DNA from: a virus | DNA: 64,000 bases | Reading direction: 5' to 3' (one strand) | Virus record (IMG/VR): IMGVR_UViG_3300046318_000171 | Coordinates: 27,239-91,238 of that record | In this document: in pieces, positions 55,286 to 63,256 of the stretch | How positions within the stretch are numbered: position 1 is the stretch's first letter | How the letters are laid out: each line of letters begins with the position of its first letter | Notes under the pieces: generated by a model | Databases searched by the model: none | Seen by the model: the letters and a program-made list of their open reading frames with translations, nothing else | What the model was told of the DNA's origin: nothing | Program-made: the position numbers and the translations under genes

Positions 55286-55578
55286 TACTTACCCGCCCTA
55301 CGCTTGTTTTCTTTGCCAACATTTTTCTTGTGGCTCATAGCCCGAAGGTTGCTCTTAGAGTCGTTCTTCTTGTTGTTGTCTTTGTGGTCTACGTCAGTGT
55401 CCTTAGACAACTTGCGGCCGGTGTGCTGCTCGTAGTCTTCACGAGCCTTGTTCTTAGACTCAGTACGCCAACCGTCCTTAGTCTTAACTTTCCAGACGTA
55501 AATCTCACGGCCACCGTTTTGCTTAGAGCCCTTATACGGGCCAAACTTCTTACGGGTACCAATCTTTACTTCAGCCAT
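55285..55578 (-). CDS. Basic HNH-motif protein
   Basis: DVDHKDNN..ND..SNL. Confidence 0.75.
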   Translation of the reverse strand: MAEVKIGTRKKFGPYKGSKQNGGREIYVWKVKTKDGWRTESKNKAREDYEQHTGRKLSKDTDVDHKDNNKKNDSKSNLRAMSHKKNVGKENKRRAGK

Positions 55579-55814
55579 TAGCGGTGCCTCGCTGCCTTTT
55601 CTGCAATCTTTTTAGGTTGTGGGACAAACTGCTTGCCCTTTTTATTTCCTTTAGCTTTAGCCCTGTTAGTAGCGGCCTTCTCTGCAGGCGTCAGGTCTTT
55701 CCAAGCTTCCTTAGGAAGGTAGCGCTTTTTGCCCTTAGACGGCTTTCCGTCTGAGGTTCCCCACTCTTCCTTAGTCCACTTATCCAGGGACTTCTGCGAT
55801 TTTGCTTTAGGCAT
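55578..55814 (-). CDS. Basic small protein (W.KE.W...RYLP..AW motif)
   Basis: Coupled; composition. Confidence 0.75.
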   Translation of the reverse strand: MPKAKSQKSLDKWTKEEWGTSDGKPSKGKKRYLPKEAWKDLTPAEKAATNRAKAKGNKKGKQFVPQPKKIAEKAARHR

Positions 55815-56005
55815 TAGTTCTTGTAGCCTCCGCCAGCCTTCTTGTATTCAGAAGCCAAAAGTTGGGCCTTACGGGCAGACCACTCGCCTGGGTCTCCACC
55901 CTTGGTTCCAGCCTTAATCTTGTTAAACAACTGCTTACGCAGACCAGGCTTGGTGTAGTTACCTGCCTCGTTTACCTTAGACTTTGATTTTTTAGCGGCA
56001 GGCAT
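55814..56005 (-). CDS. Basic small protein (YTKP.LR...WSARKAQ.L...YK..GGGY motif)
   Basis: TAATG coupling at 56005. Confidence 0.75.
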   Translation of the reverse strand: MPAAKKSKSKVNEAGNYTKPGLRKQLFNKIKAGTKGGDPGEWSARKAQLLASEYKKAGGGYKN

Positions 56006-56313
56006 TACCACTTCACCTTGTCAGCCCAGTAAGCTGCTGACATCTTTCCCTTAGCAATGTTCTTGGCGTGACGTGCCTTGAATGACTCACGGCGCTTACG
56101 ATAAGACTCAGACTCACCTTCTTTTTTAGGGGAGCCCTTAACGCCTTGCTGACCAAAACGAATGGTCTTAATTTGGTCGCCTTCTTTAGCCACAACCACG
56201 TGCGACTTCTTCGCTCCTGGAGTAGCCTTAGGCTTGTTGTAGCCCGTCACACCCGCACGAGCTAGACGTGGGTCCTTAGCCTTACCGTGGTGCTTCTTCT
56301 TGTGTTCAGACAT
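56005..56313 (-). CDS. Basic small protein (IRFGQ..R..F.ARH...AAYWA...W motif)
   Basis: Coupled; motif recurrent in aquatic phages. Confidence 0.8.
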   Translation of the reverse strand: MSEHKKKHHGKAKDPRLARAGVTGYNKPKATPGAKKSHVVVAKEGDQIKTIRFGQQGVKGSPKKEGESESYRKRRESFKARHAKNIAKGKMSAAYWADKVKW

Positions 56314-56486
56314 TACTTTCCCTTTCCAGGAGTTTCAATTTTTCTAGGACGCTTCATAGCAGGCTGGCGGGCAGGGTTCTTAGGAACAGCGCCTTTGTGA
56401 ACCTTGTCATTGACCTTCTTAGGTCCACGACCAATGTGGTCTTTAGGATTCTTTTCGTTTGTTACGGCTTTGTGTTCTCTTGCCAT
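56313..56486 (-). CDS. 57-aa basic protein not in the track
   Basis: SD AAGGTG; TAATG coupling. Confidence 0.65.
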   Translation of the reverse strand: MAREHKAVTNEKNPKDHIGRGPKKVNDKVHKGAVPKNPARQPAMKRPRKIETPGKGK

Positions 56487-56598
56487 TCTTCACCTTCTTG
56501 GGTAGTTTTCCTTTAGGAGTATGGTCTTCCCACTCCTTGGCCATCCCTGGATTATTAGCATACATCCAGGCACGTTGGGCTTGTGACTTAAACGGCAT
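56443..56598 (-). CDS. 51-aa basic protein not in the track (MPFKSQAQRAWMYA..P..AKEW..HTP...LP)
   Basis: TAATG coupling; recurrent phage microprotein motif. Confidence 0.7.
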   Translation of the reverse strand: MPFKSQAQRAWMYANNPGMAKEWEDHTPKGKLPKKVKNGKRTQSRNKRKES

Positions 56599-57047
56599 TA
56601 GTCGTACCAAATGCTGTTGCCTGTAAGAATCCAGTCATTAGTAGCAATCTTAATCAGGCGGGTAACGCACGTTCCTGTAGAGCCCATGTAGTTGGTGCTT
56701 GTGCCATTTCCTTCGCCGTAAACATTAGAGCGAGTCTCAGAGGCGTCATGGGTTTGTTCACGCATCATAATGGTTGCGTCTATAGTCACAAAGGTAATCA
56801 CTGTACCAATAGGAAACGCCACAGCAGCGTTAGCAGGTACAACAAAATCCTGGTTATAGTTATTCTCGTCTTTAGTTACAACGATAAAAGTTCCCGCATC
56901 AGCCAAGGTAAGGGCGATGTCCGTGCTTGTTGAAACAACGGGGTTTCTAGTGCTTGGCTTGAGGGTGTTGGTGTCTAGGTAATCCAAAGCAGTGTTGAGG
57001 ACGTCGCCCCAGCCGGTCTGTCCATTGGTAGGTTTTACAAGTGCCAT
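56598..57047 (-). CDS. Small fibre/decoration-like protein
   Basis: VP.NA.VAFPIGT..; LIK.AT..W.L.G. Confidence 0.6.
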   Translation of the reverse strand: MALVKPTNGQTGWGDVLNTALDYLDTNTLKPSTRNPVVSTSTDIALTLADAGTFIVVTKDENNYNQDFVVPANAAVAFPIGTVITFVTIDATIMMREQTHDASETRSNVYGEGNGTSTNYMGSTGTCVTRLIKIATNDWILTGNSIWYD

Positions 57048-57049
57048 TC

Positions 57050-57664
57050 TTACGCTCCGTAAGGTCCTGAGCTATAGCCGCCTGCGCCATAGCCACTGAT
57101 TCGTGGTTCATTTGTTGCGGCCAAGGCGTACCGCTGGAACTGAGGGTCGTTTACAAGCTCTTCTGGGTTTACCTGGTTTAGGTCCACGGTAACTACCGAC
57201 CAACGGTAGCCGAACGAACCACGAGGCAAAACACGAGTAGGAACGAACACTTCGCCACGGTAAAGGACACGGTCCTTAATGTGGTTGTTTGAGTCTGTAA
57301 TCAAAGACGGTAGCAAACGCTGCACATCGCCTACGTTCATTACCAAACGTAAGGTGTCGGCAACGTAGAAACCACGTTCGTTCATGATGTTGGTACCACG
57401 AACAAACTGCGCCATCATAACCGGAAACTTGAACGGGAGCATCCATCGACGACCTTTACCGGCAACGCTAGAAGACACGTCATAAATCTCGTCTACAATG
57501 TCGTTGTAGTTTTCTTCTAGGTAGTAATCTTGCCAACGGAACCAGTCAACTTCGACACCAACGGTGCCGCCGAGTTCTTCGGCCATACCTTCGTACATAG
57601 AGAAAGCTTCGTAATCCATGTCAAATCTGGAATTACGGTCTCCGCTTTCTTTTCCACCACGCAT
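57050..57664 (-). CDS. Putative head-closure/neck protein
   Basis: D.IYD..G..W; KDR..Y.G.VF; position; function inferred. Confidence 0.5.
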   Translation of the reverse strand: MRGGKESGDRNSRFDMDYEAFSMYEGMAEELGGTVGVEVDWFRWQDYYLEENYNDIVDEIYDVSSSVAGKGRRWMLPFKFPVMMAQFVRGTNIMNERGFYVADTLRLVMNVGDVQRLLPSLITDSNNHIKDRVLYRGEVFVPTRVLPRGSFGYRWSVVTVDLNQVNPEELVNDPQFQRYALAATNEPRISGYGAGGYSSGPYGA

Positions 57665-57672
57665 AAAGTCTC

Positions 57673-57975
57673 CTAGTTAGCCTTACCTACGCTGTGCAGG
57701 TAGTTGTGCTCAAACTGCTTTAGGTGCCCAACGGCGCTAATAAATCCGTACAAAGCAGGAGTTTGGTCTCCGCCTACAACCGGGATAGTCAGGCTGTTTG
57801 CTACATTTGCTGCGTACTCCATTAGTTCGTCTGCAACGTACGCTTTGGCTTTTGCAAGAAACTCAGGGTCTTCATCTACGTAGTCCAGAAGCTGGCCAAA
57901 CTGGTTAAAGAAAAGGATTTCATCCTCACCTTGAACTACTGGTCCTTGAAATGTTGTTACGAATTTATACTCCAT
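57673..57975 (-). CDS. Hypothetical protein (start revised to 57975)
   Basis: TAATAATG junction. Confidence 0.65.
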   Translation of the reverse strand: MEYKFVTTFQGPVVQGEDEILFFNQFGQLLDYVDEDPEFLAKAKAYVADELMEYAANVANSLTIPVVGGDQTPALYGFISAVGHLKQFEHNYLHSVGKAN

Positions 57976-57977
57976 TA

Positions 57978-58142
57978 TTACCACTTTCCTAGAGGGCACG
58001 TTGCATCATGCACCTTTGTCTTTACGTTCATAAAGCACATGCATTCTCGGCATTGACGGGTTGGTTTAAAAAACTTTTCACAGTTCTTGCAAATTTCATA
58101 ACGGACCTTAGGGTCTTTAATCTGCTCTTCTTTTTGTTCCAT
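57978..58142 (-). CDS. 54-aa six-Cys protein not in the track (R..IC..C...QC..C.CFM..K.K....CP.GKW)
   Basis: Clear paralog of 61075..61323. Confidence 0.85.
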   Translation of the reverse strand: MEQKEEQIKDPKVRYEICKNCEKFFKPTRQCRECMCFMNVKTKVHDATCPLGKW

Positions 58143-58147
58143 TAGTC

Positions 58148-59284
58148 CTACTTGAGATAGAAGTTGTCTAGGGTTGCGCTTTGTGAGTAGCTTGATGGCG
58201 CAACTAGTATCCCTGCCTTAGACGTTTTGGTCGGGGTTGTAGCGGCGTAAGTGTTGCTGTTTAACAGGATGTCTTGTCCTGCGGCTCCGTAGGCACTGAC
58301 TGTGATGTTGTCGTTTGATGTAACTACTTTAATGCTACGCACTGCTGCTGAATGAGAGTACGTGGCTACAGCGGCTACTGTTCCCGAAGTATTCTTTAGG
58401 ATACGGGTGTTGTAAGAGCCAGTGACAGTCTCTGTAGCGTCATAGGTGATTGTTGCAGTACAGTAGTCCCCATTTCTTGTGCCACTGTCAGGGCAAGTAG
58501 GATACGTTGAAATGGTTCTACACGGGTCGCTTCCACCCGAAGTGCAAGTAGAGCCGTTGAGTACTCGGCAGTTAGGTTCTCCGTTGTAAATCAAATAAGT
58601 AGCGCCACCAGAGCACGCATAAAGAGTTGCCGGAGTCTGGCAGGTGTTGTTGATACACGAACCACCAACTGCCTGGCATTGAGGGCCACAAGATTCTCCA
58701 GTAGGCTCCCAGCCTTGGTAAGTGTAGAGCAAAGACGGCTCGTAACTGTAGTACGCAGCAGTGTAAACACCGTCATTTGTAACCACTGCTGGAGAGTATG
58801 TAGTAGACGTAGTGGTGCAGGTAGTCCCGCTCAAAATACCGCCGCTTGGGCAACTGTAAGAGGTCGTAGAAGTGGCGGATGTAACTGCAGCCCACCAGTT
58901 GCTTGAGTCAGTGACCCAAAATGCAACTCCAGGACCTGCGCCTGTAGGAACATCCACTCGGGCATCCACGTCAGTCAACTCTGACACAGCGTCTAATGTA
59001 GCCAAAGGATAACTTGACGCACTTGTGCTGGTAGTAGCTTTGTTGCTAGAGATTGCCCAGCTGCCAGAAGTAGCAGTCCAAGAAGCAACTAAATTAGAGG
59101 TAGTTCCCAAAGAGCTGGCGTCAGTCCTGGTAAAGTCGTCTTTGATGACGGCAGAAAACCACTCTTTCCATACGCCGTCTACTTTTACATAACCTTTTTT
59201 GGCAGCTTTCCACGTTCCAGAAACTTTTACGTAGGCAGAATCAGCGACCTTATAGGTGTCGCTAATTTTGATAGAACCAGGCAT
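58148..59284 (-). CDS. Thr/Ser-rich fibre/receptor-binding-like protein with a 12-Cys central insert
   Basis: YVKV.G.WK N-terminal repeats; D.F.R lectin-like sandwich; CP.GG.L.G..C motifs. Confidence 0.7.
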   Translation of the reverse strand: MPGSIKISDTYKVADSAYVKVSGTWKAAKKGYVKVDGVWKEWFSAVIKDDFTRTDASSLGTTSNLVASWTATSGSWAISSNKATTSTSASSYPLATLDAVSELTDVDARVDVPTGAGPGVAFWVTDSSNWWAAVTSATSTTSYSCPSGGILSGTTCTTTSTTYSPAVVTNDGVYTAAYYSYEPSLLYTYQGWEPTGESCGPQCQAVGGSCINNTCQTPATLYACSGGATYLIYNGEPNCRVLNGSTCTSGGSDPCRTISTYPTCPDSGTRNGDYCTATITYDATETVTGSYNTRILKNTSGTVAAVATYSHSAAVRSIKVVTSNDNITVSAYGAAGQDILLNSNTYAATTPTKTSKAGILVAPSSYSQSATLDNFYLK

Positions 59285-59307
59285 GGGGGAACCTCCGTAT
59301 CTATCAA

Positions 59308-60348
59308 TTATGCCCTGTAGAATTCCAAATTACGGGCTAACCGTTTGTCAGTTGGGTTTAGTTCTAGGGCTTTTTCACCCCAAGCAATTGCTTCTTTTTT
59401 GTTTCCCAGGTAGTAGTGGGCTAGTGCCCCAAGGTCGTAAGGTAAATCTCCCCAAGCAAACTCTTCGCAAAGATAGTCGAGTGGTTTATCCACGATGTCG
59501 ATTGCCTGTAGGGCGTAGCGCAAGCAGTTAGCCCAATCCTGTTTACCATACAAGTATTGGGCCATCTCAACCAAGGCTTCACGACGGCCAGGGGCTTCAT
59601 CGGCTGCCTGTTCCAGATAAAGATGAGCAAGGTCTGGCAAACACTTAGCAAGATACCTGCAGGATGCGGCCCGTTCTGGGCCCCATGTAGCTTTAGGGTT
59701 TTGTAAATGACGCTTGAACATGTCAGCGGCTTTATCGTACATTCGGTTGAAGAAGTACTCCCGAGCCAGGTAGTACTGGTTACGGTCGTCAGTAGGGTCC
59801 TCAGCGACAGCAAGTTCTAAAAGAGGGAAGTACTGTCCACGACTCTTAGTAGGGTCTGGATGATGGTGGATTTCTAGCCCAATCCACTCCTGAACTTCTT
59901 GGATACGGTCAGCAACGATTACTTCGTGGACGGGGTGCTTCCAGCGGTATCCGTGTCTTCTGTGGATTTTATCTCCGCCGTATTGAAGACCAGGCTCATC
60001 ACCGTTCCAAGACCAGGTGTACTGATAGCGAGGACGAGTAGTTTCTGGCTTAATTTGCTCAAGATGTTCACGCCAGCCTTCAACCAGGACTTCATCCATG
60101 TCCAAAGCAACACAAATATCGATATCATCAGGGAGAAGCCCCAAAGAAATATTCCTAGCATCGTCAAAGCGCCAAGGGTTAATACTACCAGTGGCAACAC
60201 TAACACCCAGTGCAGCCGCTCTAGCGACTGTGCCGTCACTTGAGCCAGTGTCAAGAATGAATCGATAATCCGCCTCTTTCGCACTTTCGGCCCATCGTTC
60301 AACAAACTGTTCTTCATTTTTAGCAATTGTGTACACCGCAACTTTCAT
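59308..60348 (-). CDS. GT2 glycosyltransferase with TPR domain (SunS-like architecture)
   Basis: I.KNEE, DTGS.DGT, F..ARN, LD.DE, VHE; C-terminal TPRs. Confidence 0.9.
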   Translation of the reverse strand: MKVAVYTIAKNEEQFVERWAESAKEADYRFILDTGSSDGTVARAAALGVSVATGSINPWRFDDARNISLGLLPDDIDICVALDMDEVLVEGWREHLEQIKPETTRPRYQYTWSWNGDEPGLQYGGDKIHRRHGYRWKHPVHEVIVADRIQEVQEWIGLEIHHHPDPTKSRGQYFPLLELAVAEDPTDDRNQYYLAREYFFNRMYDKAADMFKRHLQNPKATWGPERAASCRYLAKCLPDLAHLYLEQAADEAPGRREALVEMAQYLYGKQDWANCLRYALQAIDIVDKPLDYLCEEFAWGDLPYDLGALAHYYLGNKKEAIAWGEKALELNPTDKRLARNLEFYRA

Positions 60349-61082
60349 TATTCTCCAAATGTTAACTTCATACGTTCTTTGGCTGCTACCAGCTGGTCTT
60401 CAGAGATGTCATTAGAAATTCCAACTCTACCCAGCTCAGCCGCCGTTACCGCAACCACAGCAGAGCCACCAAAAGGGTCTAGAACCACGTCTCCTTTTTT
60501 GGAAAACATCTCTATTAGCCTTTTGGGTACTTCTTTGTTCATAGCGTCAATGACCGGGAACCTAGACGATAAAGCCAAGTCTACTGGGTCGTTCATGTTG
60601 TTAAACGGTAAATTCCAAACCGGATTGTTGTACTTTCTAACTACAAACGGATTGTGATAAAGGTCCGTAGGAAAGGCGAAGTGGTGCCAAGTAGTCAGGG
60701 CGCTGTCAGCAATCTTTTCAACTAAGGTGTAGTCCATAGTCGGGTCTTCGCCATAACTATTCTGGATAATCTTCTCTACGTGCCTAAATTTTGACTTGTT
60801 TACAATTTCTAAGACTAGCCTGATGTCTATGTGGTTGTTCGGGCCGTTTGCAATGAAGAAGCTTCCGCTAGGCTTAAGTACTCGCTGAATCTCAAGTACA
60901 GACTGCAGCAGTAGTTTCAACATCTTTTTATCGCTGCCAGAGTTTATCTGCTCGTCAGCATCCCCACCGTATCGTTTGACATCCACCCCAAAGTATGGCG
61001 GGTGAGTGATTACCAAATCAACAGAGTTGTCAGGAAGAGCCAGCTTTCGGGCGTCTCCATGCATCAAGTGAACCTTATCCAT
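60348..61082 (-). CDS. N4/N6 amino-methyltransferase (beta-class order, HPPY variant)
   Basis: GDA..L...SVDLVITHPPY; RVLKP.G; VLDPFGGS. Confidence 0.85.
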   Translation of the reverse strand: MDKVHLMHGDARKLALPDNSVDLVITHPPYFGVDVKRYGGDADEQINSGSDKKMLKLLLQSVLEIQRVLKPSGSFFIANGPNNHIDIRLVLEIVNKSKFRHVEKIIQNSYGEDPTMDYTLVEKIADSALTTWHHFAFPTDLYHNPFVVRKYNNPVWNLPFNNMNDPVDLALSSRFPVIDAMNKEVPKRLIEMFSKKGDVVLDPFGGSAVVAVTAAELGRVGISNDISEDQLVAAKERMKLTFGE

Positions 61083-61323
61083 TATTTTCCTCCTTGAATC
61101 CAACATCGCCTAGTTCTTCTGCACCCCATTTGTGCACTGGGCACTCGGAGTTAGGCAGTTTAGTTTTTGCAGGCATAATGCACCCGCACTTTAGGCACTG
61201 CTGGGTCAGGGAAACAAAGAACTCACAATCTTTGCAAATCGCCATTCTTCTGCTTGCTATTTCTTCTGTAACTCTACCGATGTTCTTGTTAAACAAATCC
61301 CAAGGTCGTGAAGGCCTATTCAT
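61075..61323 (-). CDS. Six-Cys small protein
   Basis: R..IC..C...QC..CGC.M..KTK....CP..KW. Confidence 0.85.
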   Translation of the reverse strand: MNRPSRPWDLFNKNIGRVTEEIASRRMAICKDCEFFVSLTQQCLKCGCIMPAKTKLPNSECPVHKWGAEELGDVGFKEENNG

Positions 61324-62275
61324 CTACTCTATACTCCTTAGGAATGTACCCACCAGCGGCTGCTCCATGTTTCAAGCTTATCTTTGCGTAACGCTCGTAG
61401 TTCTTTATTTTCTCTCGATTTGCGGGATTGTTGACGTATGCTTTATACCCAGCAATCTGTCGAACATCAAACTCATTCCTCAGAGACGGCTTTAAGTACT
61501 CGGTTACAAACGTGCGCTTACCTCCGTACTTGTTTCGGTCATCACCGTTTAGGTGGGTGATTGGGAACCACTTTAGGTTAGGAAACACCAAAGAAAACCC
61601 CATGTCGTACAACTCTACGGAGTAAGCCACTTCTTCATCGTAAAACATTCTGTCTGGGCTAGACCCGGTGTTCCTACCAAACTGTCTGTCACCAAAAGCA
61701 CAAGCGGCGTTAAACTTCACCGCTGGGTAGAACTTGTCTGGGTTGTCTTCTCCTAGTGGGTAGTCGCCCCACTTAGGAATGGCCATTACCCACAGACTGC
61801 CAGGCTCGTAAAAAGGGTAGGCGGTACGCTCCATGTTTTGCATAGGCTTACGCTCTGGGTGGTACTTGTAAGTCCCAATGTAGTTAGTCATAACCACTTT
61901 GTCGCTGTTAGCTGCCACCTTAGCCTCTTCGTAAAGAGTTATCATGAACTCATCCCAATCCTGAGAGAAGTGGGTGTGGCAGTCTACCTGAAAGAAGTAG
62001 TCCTCATCTTCGTACAGAACTTCGGCTCTGATGCGTCCTTTACCCACACCTAATTCTTCAAATGTGTTCTTTTTAATCTTGGTAAAAGAGGCTCTTACTC
62101 TAGGGTCGTTTAACTTAAGAAGTTTCTTGTACTCGTTGCTTTTTACTGCTGCAATTCCTACGCCCACACGAATTCTTTCTGGGTACTTTGCAGCACTCAG
62201 AGCGTTCAACACCGACGGCAGTATCTCCGTGTCATCCATGGCTGCCATCGAAACAAAGATAGTTGCGTGGCTCAT
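61316..62275 (-). CDS. GT60/Gnt1-like polypeptide HexNAc transferase
   Basis: IFVS.A...D.E...., A.YPE....G, G.G.GR...LY..EDY..Q.D.H..F...WD, F..EE. Confidence 0.8.
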   Translation of the reverse strand: MSHATIFVSMAAMDDTEILPSVLNALSAAKYPERIRVGVGIAAVKSNEYKKLLKLNDPRVRASFTKIKKNTFEELGVGKGRIRAEVLYEDEDYFFQVDCHTHFSQDWDEFMITLYEEAKVAANSDKVVMTNYIGTYKYHPERKPMQNMERTAYPFYEPGSLWVMAIPKWGDYPLGEDNPDKFYPAVKFNAACAFGDRQFGRNTGSSPDRMFYDEEVAYSVELYDMGFSLVFPNLKWFPITHLNGDDRNKYGGKRTFVTEYLKPSLRNEFDVRQIAGYKAYVNNPANREKIKNYERYAKISLKHGAAAGGYIPKEYRVDE

Positions 62276-62928
62276 TGGAACTTCTTTTTACTCCAGAACT
62301 TCTGGCGGTACCAGCCCAACGGGTGGGTGAACACCTCGTGCTGCATCGGGTAGTCGTAGGCCTTTCCGTTATCATCCACGGACATCGACCATGACTCCCG
62401 TTTAAAAGGGATTATTTGGATTAGAGGAGTTCCTGCAGGAATTACGCCTTCAAAGTCGTCTCGTATTACAAAAGGAAAGTTAACAACAACCGGGTGCTTA
62501 TCGGTGTCCACAATTCCAGAAAAACAATGAAACGGCAAATCCTCTCGGTTCTGAGGGTGAATAAACAGGCAGCTATACCCCTTAGGAGTTTTAATGTGGA
62601 AGTTGTTTATCCACTTGTAAGGCATCGAGTTGAACTCATCTGGGATAACTACGTCTGCTGTTTGACTAGGGGCGTGGTGACTGACTACTTCAAACACGGC
62701 GTTAGTCCAAAAGCCTCGCTCTTTTGAGTAGCTGACATCCACAGGCAGAGCGATGACATACCCCGCTGTCAAAGAGTCTAGGAAAGGCACGCAACGTTTT
62801 ACGCTGGACACCCTGTCGTCAGACACAGGCTTCATCTTCCTGAACCAGTCTGGAACCAGCCTGCTCATTGGAAATGGGCGAAGAATTTCCACTTGAGGTT
62901 TAGTGGAGTGAAACTTTATCTTAGGCAC
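62272..62928 (-). CDS. dUTPase-fold-like protein (DUF6065-like), paralog 2 (GTG start 62928)
   Basis: K.CVPFLD....GY; TP.GYS.L..HP.NR; SGIVDTD; I.AGTP..QIIP.KR. Confidence 0.75.
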   Translation of the reverse strand: MPKIKFHSTKPQVEILRPFPMSRLVPDWFRKMKPVSDDRVSSVKRCVPFLDSLTAGYVIALPVDVSYSKERGFWTNAVFEVVSHHAPSQTADVVIPDEFNSMPYKWINNFHIKTPKGYSCLFIHPQNREDLPFHCFSGIVDTDKHPVVVNFPFVIRDDFEGVIPAGTPLIQIIPFKRESWSMSVDDNGKAYDYPMQHEVFTHPLGWYRQKFWSKKKFQ

Positions 62929-63256
62929 CGTGGTTATGTCCGTTGTGTTCTGGGGCCTTAAAGTCCTTGCCATCCCAAGTCCAGCCAATAGTTGGAATTA
63001 CGCCAGTCTCTTCAAACTCGACAAAAGACGGCTCACTCAACAAGAGCGCAGCCATTCGGTTCTCCGTGTGGATTACCTCCTCAACACGTCCATCCAACAC
63101 GATAGCGATGTGGTTAATTTTTACCGGAGGGGGCGGTGCTGGGATGTCCATAACAGCAGGAAGCTTAACTTTAGTTCCTACAAGTTTATGGATTCCCATT
63201 TTTACTAAGTCCCAAGTAGAGAGCTTTACTACTTCTTGAATTTGACTCTGGTCCAT
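62921..63256 (-). CDS. Small protein, possibly a fibre assembly chaperone
   Basis: A...DG.V..V; P.IGW.WDG..F..P pattern. Confidence 0.6.
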   Translation of the reverse strand: MDQSQIQEVVKLSTWDLVKMGIHKLVGTKVKLPAVMDIPAPPPPVKINHIAIVLDGRVEEVIHTENRMAALLLSEPSFVEFEETGVIPTIGWTWDGKDFKAPEHNGHNHGA

